Below the pieces are notes generated by a model, which made no database searches, had not been told where the DNA came from, and was given only the letters and a program-made list of their open reading frames with translations. Position numbers and translations under genes: made by a program. From the IMG/VR virus record IMGVR_UViG_3300043444_000257, positions 1-64,000 of that record: a stretch of 64,000 bases of DNA; one strand, given 5' to 3'. Below, piece after piece: positions 56,767 to 64,000 of this stretch (position 1 is the first letter of the stretch; each line of letters begins with the position of its first letter). The stretch comes from a virus.

Positions 56767-59700
56767 ATGGCAGAATTTAAATTAGGTAGAATTAGATTTG
56801 TATGGAAAGGTAACTGGACCACAGGAACCGAATACTACAAGGACGATGTTGTTCGTCAGGGTGGTAAAACTTTTATCTGCACGGTAGGACATACCGCAGC
56901 AGCAGATTTTTACACAGATCTAAACTTTGTTCCTACAAAATGGAACCAAATGACCGATGGTCAAGAGTGGAGAGGCAATTGGACTACATCTACTTCTTAT
57001 AAAGTAGGAGATTTAGTCAAGTATGGTGGAACAGTATACGTCTGTAATACTTCCCATACATCTGCATCTACAAGTGCTCTAGGTTTAGAAAATAGCATCG
57101 CTAACTGGGATACATTTGCTGAAGGGTTTGACTGGAAGAGTGATTGGGCGATTAATACAAGATACAAGCCCAACGACGTGGTTAGTTATGGTGGGATCAC
57201 TTATATCTGCGTAACAGGTCACACATCGGCAGCTACAACAACATTAGGTCTAGAAGATGCTTCTGCAAACTGGCAAGAATGGAACACTGGTTTAGAATAC
57301 AAGGGTGCTTGGAGCGGTTCTAGTGTTCGATACAAAGTTAACGACATTGTTAAGTATGGTGGCGGAACATGGATCTGTGTAACTGCACACACTTCTCAAG
57401 CAGCATTCACCACAGACGAAGCCAAGTGGAATCAATTTAACGAAGGTATTGAGTTCGAAGGCGATTGGTCAAGTGCCACAGCCTACCAAATCGGTGATAT
57501 CGTTCGTTATGGTGGTAATCAATATGTTGCTAAAACAAATAATACAAACGAAAATCCAAGAACAGCAACTACAGAGTGGGATTTATTCGCAGAAGGTTTC
57601 AAATATAGAGGCGCTCATGCACTGACTACAAACTACCTAATCGGTGATGTAGTTAGAAATGCAGGTCATGTATATCTAGCTTCAACTGATTCCACAGCAT
57701 TACAATTTACCTGCACCAGTGTATTGGGCGCATCTGATAGATTTGTAATGTCTACACCAACTGCTGATGTTCAAGTAGGACAGGCAGTTCGTTTTTCTGG
57801 AACTACATTTGGCGGTATCATAGCAGGCGCGACTTATTATGTTAAGACTGTAGTAAGTCCTACAGATATCACGATTTCTACAACTCCAGGAGGCACAACA
57901 TTTAACATTCCTGGTAATGCGTCTGGATCGATGACTGTAGATATTGGCTGGATTCCTAGCCAAGCTGCTGCGTCCAGCGTATGGACAAGATTAAACAGCG
58001 GATTAAACTGGTCTGGAGAATGGTTAGATGACACAGAATATGACATCGGTGATGTTGTTCGTTATGGTTCTAACGCATATGTGTGTGTAAGCCGCCACAG
58101 ATCAGAAGGCGATGATGGTTCAACAGTGGGGACAGAGGGCGGCGGACAATCGAATAGCCGTCCAGATAGAGATTCCACAGGAACATATTGGAACATTCTA
58201 TCTATCGGAACAGAAACTAGCCTACTAACCACAAGAGGTGATTTGGTTTACTTCGGCGGTGCTGGCCCAACACGCTTGCCGGTTGGTGTTGAAGGACAAG
58301 TTCTTCGTGTCAGCGAAGACGACATTCCAGAATGGTTTACTATCGGTAAGGTTGATCATGTTTACTATGTGGCTAATCACGGAACAGATCATCCTGCTCC
58401 GATTCACGGTTTAACTGTTGACAAACCTTGGGCTAGCATACGTTATGCCTGCGAACAGGTTTTAGCAGGACCAAGAAATCTAAGCGCCGCAAGATTATTA
58501 GAATTGAATAGAGCATTTATTCAGCGTGAAACTGTTGAATGGATCGACTATCAAGTAACAAATAATATTTCTCCGTTTTCAACTTCTTTTACTTACAAAG
58601 ATGATCGTTGCGAAAGAGATATCGGATATATCATTGACGCAGTGATTTGGGATATCCGCCACGGCGGAAATAAGAAAACTAGAGAGTCTGCACTATCATA
58701 TGTGAATGATGCACCGGCTGTTTACACACTGGGTCAAGAAGCAGAAACAGTAGCAGCTATTAACTATGCCCTATCTGTAATGGACAATGTTTTAGATCAG
58801 ACAGCACCGGCTGCAAACTATCAAACATTAAACGGTGATAACTCTACTGCAATCGTAGCACAGTGGACAGACGCTGCTATCGCTGCCGAAGACGGTGTTA
58901 AAACTACAGTAGCAGGTCTAGTAGAAATCGTAACAGATGCTATCACTGCTGGTGTTGACACTGATATTCCAGCTGAATACCTACCAAGCACTATCATCCA
59001 TATCAAGACTGGAAGATATCTTGAAGAGTTACCAATCATTGTTCCGGAAGGCTGCTGCTTACTAGGCGATGAAGTTCGTTCAGTTAATGCTGGACCAAGC
59101 GCAGGCACAACTAATATTGCTGATGCCTACTACTCGTTACAATCTCTAAGTAGAATGGAATCTATCGTTGGAGATATTGTAGTGGGATCGACAGTGACTA
59201 AGACCGCAGGAAATACTGCTAGCCAGTCACAGCTATTCCCATACGCTGATACAGATCAACAATCTACAGTTAAACAGTTAGTAAGAATGATCCGCCACAA
59301 TATCGATTGGCGTTTAGGCACCATGAACTTAGTTTCATATACTGATCCTACTAACTATAATTCATCATATTTGGTAGGTTACGGCGATGCTAGAACACAA
59401 CTACTATTAAACAAAGAATATTTTAAAGTAGAAGTTACAGCATATATCGATGCGAACTATCCAGACGTATACTACAGCAGAACTAAGTGTCAACAAGACG
59501 TTGGCTATATCATCGATTCTTTAGTCTACGATTTAACCTACGGTGGATATCAACAGTCTATTAATGCTGGTCTAGCATACTTCAACGGTTCGGGTGGCGC
59601 GATGGCCATCGATTCAGAAGAATTAACTGCGACGATCGCAGCTATGAATCATTTGAAAGCTATGGTTCAAGATGCGATAGCACTAACACCAACAGGCGGC

Positions 59701-62700
59701 GATCAAAGTGAGATTCCGCAGTGGAGAACAGGCACAGCTGGTTCAGCAGGATCTATCACATTTGTTGGCCAAGCAATGGATTACATTATATCTATTGTAA
59801 CCAACGGCACTACAGGAGCTCCGACAGCGACTATCACAACTATCGCTAGCGGAACTACAATTACTACAGCAATAGCACACGGTCTACAAGTAGGAGATAC
59901 ATTTACTCCAAGAACTTCAGCTAACGGTTTAGTTAAGGGAGTTACTTATTTTGTTAAGACTGTGCCAACAACTACACAGATAACACTAGCACCAAGTTTT
60001 GATGGAACAGCTATCACATCTTTAACTAACGGAACTGGCTTATCTATCGTTTGTGATATTGTTAACTGGCCTGCAACTTCTTGGGCAACTGGTTCTCAAG
60101 TAACAGCATTTACGATCCTAAGTGCTGCACAAGAATCTATCATTCAAAATGTTATCGACGACTTGAATGCAGTAGCATGGCACACTGATTTCGTAGTTGA
60201 TTCGACATCATTAACAACTACTCAATTCCGTGTTTATGTAGGTAAGACAGATCTAGTGCATACATATGTCAGCGGCGGAACTGTAACTAAATCAGACGGC
60301 ACAGAATTAGCCATCACAGGATTTACCTACAATGAATCAACAGGTTATGCTGTAGTAACTACAGCAACACACGGGCTAGCAGCAGGTGACATCGTTGATA
60401 TCGAAGGCGTTATAGTAACCTGCACATCATCAGGCGCAAGTCCAAACACATTGACAGCAACATTCCCAAGCGGCACAGGAACAAGAAATGGAGTAACTAA
60501 AGTTAGTTACATCCAGAATAAGTGTATCCGTGACATTAGAATCATCCTAAACGCAGTTGGCTACGATGTGATGTTTAACGGTAACTACCAATCACTAAGA
60601 GCAGCTTATTCATATCTAAGATCTACTGCTACAGAAGTGTTCAGTTTAGGTCAGAAAGCTGTAACCAGAGATGCATTAACTAACGTCAAGACAGAAGCTA
60701 AGGCTAATGTTGGGGGCGATTCAACAGCTCAGTCACGCATTGAAACATTAATGACCCTAATCGATGACATTATTTTCAGCGGATCTATGGAAGGTAGCAA
60801 CCAGACTACTGGTTCGAGAAACTTACATTATGCTGCTCGTCAATTAGAACTTAACAAGAGCTTCATGGTTGCAGAGATTTCTGCTTATATCACTGCTACA
60901 TTTACAGGCACAGCAACAGCCACAGCTGGAGCAACAGAATATATTACCTGTGGTAGCACCAGCTGGTTAAAAAGAAATGCAGCTATTAGATTCACAGGAA
61001 CTACATTTGGTGGAATTGAAACAGGAACAACGTATTATGTAAGAGAAATTGTAAGCTCAACAGTGTTCACAGTATCTCTAACACCATATGGCAGTGCTGT
61101 AAATCTAAGCACAGCAACAGGAACGATGGGCTTTGCACTGTATTACAATTCAGCTCTATGTTTAAGAGACGTAGAAGCATATACAGATGCTCTAAAATAT
61201 GACCTAGTATATCCAGGTAACTATAAGTCAGCTATGGCTGCTAGATATTACGCTAACTCCGTAAAAGGCAGCTTAGAAGAAGACATGTATTATCTAAGAA
61301 ATACCACAGGTATTAGAAATCAAACCTTAGAAGGATTAACTGGTGATCTAACATCGAATAACGATTACGGAACACGCAGAGTTACAGCAGGTGCATACTG
61401 CTCGCTTGATCCGGGCTGGGGCCCAGACGACGAGAGCACATGGATTAGAACACGTTCTCCATATGTTCAAAACGTAGCAACATTTGGTTATGCTGCTATC
61501 GGTCAGAAGATCGACGGAAGTCTACACAACGGTGGTAATTGTTCTATCGTTTCCAACGACTTTACACAGTTGATCAGTGACGGTATTGGTGCATGGGTAA
61601 CTAACAATGGTAGAGCAGAACTTGTTTCTGTGTTCACATACTACTCACACATCGGCTACCTAGCTGAGAACGGTGGTAAGATCCGCGGCACTAACGGTAA
61701 CAACTCATACGGTGATTTTGGTTCTGTAGCAGAAGGTTTTGACGCTACTGAAACTCCAAACACAGGTATTGTTGATAACAAGTATCAGTTCGTTGCAACT
61801 GTAGGGTCTGCATTCCCAGACGGTGCTAGTGTTTTACAATTAGAATTTGATAACGCAGGTTCAGAATATACCACCGCTACAATGAATGTAACAGGAGCTG
61901 GAACTAGTGCATCAGTTGAAGCAGACGAATTCCGCGATGACGCTGTATTCCAAGTTAGACTATTAGACCTAGGTAACGATTCTTCAGGACAGTTTGGCGG
62001 AGAAGGTTATATAACCAACAGCAACACTGCTCAGGGTGGAACTACAACAAGTATCACTATCGCTGCTACTGATCAAGAGATTAACTCTGCCTATATTGGC
62101 ATGAAAGTTTATCTAACAGGCGGAACTGGTGCAGGACAATACGGTATCATTACTGCTTATAACGCAGGAACTAAACTAGCCAGCGTTCAGAAAGAGTCAA
62201 CAGGCGCCAGCGGATGGGATCATTTAGTTCCAGGAACTACAATTTCTGCCCCCGACGCTTCAACAACTTACACAATCGAACCTAGAATTACGTTCTCAGC
62301 ACCTAGCTATGCATCAACAGCTAGCACATTGAATGATTCTGCAACATGGGATGATGTAAATTATTCTAATATCAGCAAAGGTTATGACAATGTCACAGGA
62401 ACAACTGATGGTTCTGGAACAGGAGCTACATTCTTAGTTCTTAAGAAAGGCACAAAATATAATGTGATATCTAAAGTAGCAGGCACAGGCTATGCTAGAT
62501 TAGATACTATCACTATCGACGGAACTAGCGTCGGCGGTGCATCAACAACTAACGACATAACATTAACGATCACCGCGGTTAACTCAACAACAGGTGCTAT
62601 CCAAGCATTTGACACAGAAGGTTACGGACAAGGCGGCCATTATGTGGCTATTGCTTCAGGTGCTACTACAACCAACATTTCACCAAACGGAACTAGCTGG

Positions 62701-64000
62701 ATTGCTGGTGGCGCACTACCAAGTTCAACAACATGGACCAGTGTAGCAGGCGGCGATTTAACTGCAACTGAAACAGGTTCATCATTTGTAGTTGGTAGAG
62801 CATACACAATCGCTACTTTAGGTAATACAAACTGGCTTGCAGTAGGTGCTCCTAGTGTAACAGTTGGTGCATCGTTTATCGCTACTAGCTCAGGTGGAAC
62901 AGGAACCGCAACACCAACAGCATCTGCTGTGGTAGCTATCGCTGCTACAGGTGCTACTGCATATTCATATGACGGTGGATCGACATGGACTGCCGGTGCA
63001 AACTTACCAACCAGCACAGGTTCATGGATTTCTGTAAAATATGCCAAAGGTATATGGGTCGCAGTAACATTTGGCGATAACAAAACAGCTTATTCTACTA
63101 ACAACGGCGTGTCATGGTCAGCTGGCGGAACATTACCAAGCTCAGCTAACTGGATTGACATTACCTATGGTAAGGGCCGTTGGGTAGTTGTTGCTCAAGG
63201 CGGCACTGATGCAGCCTACACATTAGACAATGGTTCCGTTTGGATAGCAGCTACAATGCCATCAAGCAGTAACTGGAGTTCAGTTGCTTATGGTAACAAC
63301 AGATTCGTTGCTGTATCTAGCACTAGCGGAACTGTAGCAGCCTACAGCTTAACTGGTGTTACATGGGTAGCATCAACATTGCCAGCAACAGCTAGCTGGA
63401 CTGATATCACTTACGGTCAGGGTGTATTCCTAGCAGTAAGTCAAAGCACACAGGCAGCATCATCTGAAGATGGTATCGTATGGACTTCTAGAACAAGTTC
63501 AACAGCAGCCAACGGATTTAGCGGTGTAACATTTGGTAATCCAAATAGATACGGTTTATTCGTAGCTGTTCAAAGATCTACAGCAGGCACAGTGGCTTCA
63601 TACTTTAGAACCGGTGCTACTGCAAGAGGTCGTGCATTTGTAAGCCAAGAGAAGATCTTTGCAGTCCGCTTACACGAACCTGGATCAGGATACGCCAGCG
63701 CACCAACAATGACTATCACAGATCCTAACAACATCTATGAAATGCCATTTACAGTGAGAATCGGCAAAGGTGCTATAGCTAACCCAAGCTTCGTTAACAG
63801 AGGCATTGGTTATGTGACTGCTAACGGTGAAGTTTCATCGGGTGATGGTTATGGCGATTTCTACCAAAGCGGTTCATATGTAGCTGTAAGAAGATTAACA
63901 CAGCGTCCAGTGGCTGGTTCTAACGTTGTATTAAGCAACTTACCAGGAAGAACATTTAAACTAGTTAACGTTGTATCGTTTAGAGGATCATATGATGGTT
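56767..64000 (+). CDS. Very large tail fibre/receptor-binding virion protein (over 2400 aa, truncated by the window end); paralog of 51259..56730
   Basis: Absent from the ORF track because no stop falls inside the window. Starts MAEFKLGRIRFVWKGNWTTGTEYYKDDVVRQGGKTFICTVGHT (cf. MAEFKINKFAYTWKGNW...); the same frame encodes paralogous motifs at 58609, 59488, 60523, 61159 and 61400-61740. Confidence 0.8.
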   Translation, partial: MAEFKLGRIRFVWKGNWTTGTEYYKDDVVRQGGKTFICTVGHTAAADFYTDLNFVPTKWNQMTDGQEWRGNWTTSTSYKVGDLVKYGGTVYVCNTSHTSASTSALGLENSIANWDTFAEGFDWKSDWAINTRYKPNDVVSYGGITYICVTGHTSAATTTLGLEDASANWQEWNTGLEYKGAWSGSSVRYKVNDIVKYGGGTWICVTAHTSQAAFTTDEAKWNQFNEGIEFEGDWSSATAYQIGDIVRYGGNQYVAKTNNTNENPRTATTEWDLFAEGFKYRGAHALTTNYLIGDVVRNAGHVYLASTDSTALQFTCTSVLGASDRFVMSTPTADVQVGQAVRFSGTTFGGIIAGATYYVKTVVSPTDITISTTPGGTTFNIPGNASGSMTVDIGWIPSQAAASSVWTRLNSGLNWSGEWLDDTEYDIGDVVRYGSNAYVCVSRHRSEGDDGSTVGTEGGGQSNSRPDRDSTGTYWNILSIGTETSLLTTRGDLVYFGGAGPTRLPVGVEGQVLRVSEDDIPEWFTIGKVDHVYYVANHGTDHPAPIHGLTVDKPWASIRYACEQVLAGPRNLSAARLLELNRAFIQRETVEWIDYQVTNNISPFSTSFTYKDDRCERDIGYIIDAVIWDIRHGGNKKTRESALSYVNDAPAVYTLGQEAETVAAINYALSVMDNVLDQTAPAANYQTLNGDNSTAIVAQWTDAAIAAEDGVKTTVAGLVEIVTDAITAGVDTDIPAEYLPSTIIHIKTGRYLEELPIIVPEGCCLLGDEVRSVNAGPSAGTTNIADAYYSLQSLSRMESIVGDIVVGSTVTKTAGNTASQSQLFPYADTDQQSTVKQLVRMIRHNIDWRLGTMNLVSYTDPTNYNSSYLVGYGDARTQLLLNKEYFKVEVTAYIDANYPDVYYSRTKCQQDVGYIIDSLVYDLTYGGYQQSINAGLAYFNGSGGAMAIDSEELTATIAAMNHLKAMVQDAIALTPTGGDQSEIPQWRTGTAGSAGSITFVGQAMDYIISIVTNGTTGAPTATITTIASGTTITTAIAHGLQVGDTFTPRTSANGLVKGVTYFVKTVPTTTQITLAPSFDGTAITSLTNGTGLSIVCDIVNWPATSWATGSQVTAFTILSAAQESIIQNVIDDLNAVAWHTDFVVDSTSLTTTQFRVYVGKTDLVHTYVSGGTVTKSDGTELAITGFTYNESTGYAVVTTATHGLAAGDIVDIEGVIVTCTSSGASPNTLTATFPSGTGTRNGVTKVSYIQNKCIRDIRIILNAVGYDVMFNGNYQSLRAAYSYLRSTATEVFSLGQKAVTRDALTNVKTEAKANVGGDSTAQSRIETLMTLIDDIIFSGSMEGSNQTTGSRNLHYAARQLELNKSFMVAEISAYITATFTGTATATAGATEYITCGSTSWLKRNAAIRFTGTTFGGIETGTTYYVREIVSSTVFTVSLTPYGSAVNLSTATGTMGFALYYNSALCLRDVEAYTDALKYDLVYPGNYKSAMAARYYANSVKGSLEEDMYYLRNTTGIRNQTLEGLTGDLTSNNDYGTRRVTAGAYCSLDPGWGPDDESTWIRTRSPYVQNVATFGYAAIGQKIDGSLHNGGNCSIVSNDFTQLISDGIGAWVTNNGRAELVSVFTYYSHIGYLAENGGKIRGTNGNNSYGDFGSVAEGFDATETPNTGIVDNKYQFVATVGSAFPDGASVLQLEFDNAGSEYTTATMNVTGAGTSASVEADEFRDDAVFQVRLLDLGNDSSGQFGGEGYITNSNTAQGGTTTSITIAATDQEINSAYIGMKVYLTGGTGAGQYGIITAYNAGTKLASVQKESTGASGWDHLVPGTTISAPDASTTYTIEPRITFSAPSYASTASTLNDSATWDDVNYSNISKGYDNVTGTTDGSGTGATFLVLKKGTKYNVISKVAGTGYARLDTITIDGTSVGGASTTNDITLTITAVNSTTGAIQAFDTEGYGQGGHYVAIASGATTTNISPNGTSWIAGGALPSSTTWTSVAGGDLTATETGSSFVVGRAYTIATLGNTNWLAVGAPSVTVGASFIATSSGGTGTATPTASAVVAIAATGATAYSYDGGSTWTAGANLPTSTGSWISVKYAKGIWVAVTFGDNKTAYSTNNGVSWSAGGTLPSSANWIDITYGKGRWVVVAQGGTDAAYTLDNGSVWIAATMPSSSNWSSVAYGNNRFVAVSSTSGTVAAYSLTGVTWVASTLPATASWTDITYGQGVFLAVSQSTQAASSEDGIVWTSRTSSTAANGFSGVTFGNPNRYGLFVAVQRSTAGTVASYFRTGATARGRAFVSQEKIFAVRLHEPGSGYASAPTMTITDPNNIYEMPFTVRIGKGAIANPSFVNRGIGYVTANGEVSSGDGYGDFYQSGSYVAVRRLTQRPVAGSNVVLSNLPGRTFKLVNVVSFRGSYDG

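Noticed and set aside
51259-64000. Diversity-generating retroelement acting on the fibre paralogs
   Set aside because: No reverse transcriptase in the window; differences between the similar segments are mostly synonymous and not adenine-specific.

Overview
The window is a gene-dense segment of a large, divergent T4-like (myovirus-type) dsDNA phage genome and covers mostly virion morphogenesis. Minus strand, 1-26144: baseplate/tail module with two paralogous baseplate/short-fibre proteins, a 4554-aa giant virion protein, gp6, gp25, gp5, a hub protein, gp53 and a gp48/54-like protein. Plus strand, 26226-30553: late sigma factor gp55, gp47/gp46 recombination nuclease and a small GIY-YIG nuclease. 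This is followed by a ~480-nt non-coding, heavily base-paired region, three probable internal head proteins, a minus-strand gp26/gp51-like pair, a tape-measure-like gene, the head module (gp20 portal, gp21, gp22, gp23) and a tail-fibre cluster ending in two huge paralogous fibre proteins. T4-type late promoter cores (TAAATA) precede most operons. No tRNA, rRNA, CRISPR array or reverse transcriptase was seen. Most notable observations: (1) a candidate large structured ncRNA directly behind a catalytic-domain-only GIY-YIG nuclease; (2) five phycobiliprotein-like C-x-[RQ]-D helical modules in the fibre proteins; (3) a probable -1 ribosomal frameshift fusing the gp26-like and gp51-like genes; (4) apparent window-wide avoidance of GTAC; (5) several structured or leaderless late leaders. 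All product names come from motif recognition and gene context by eye, not from database searches.
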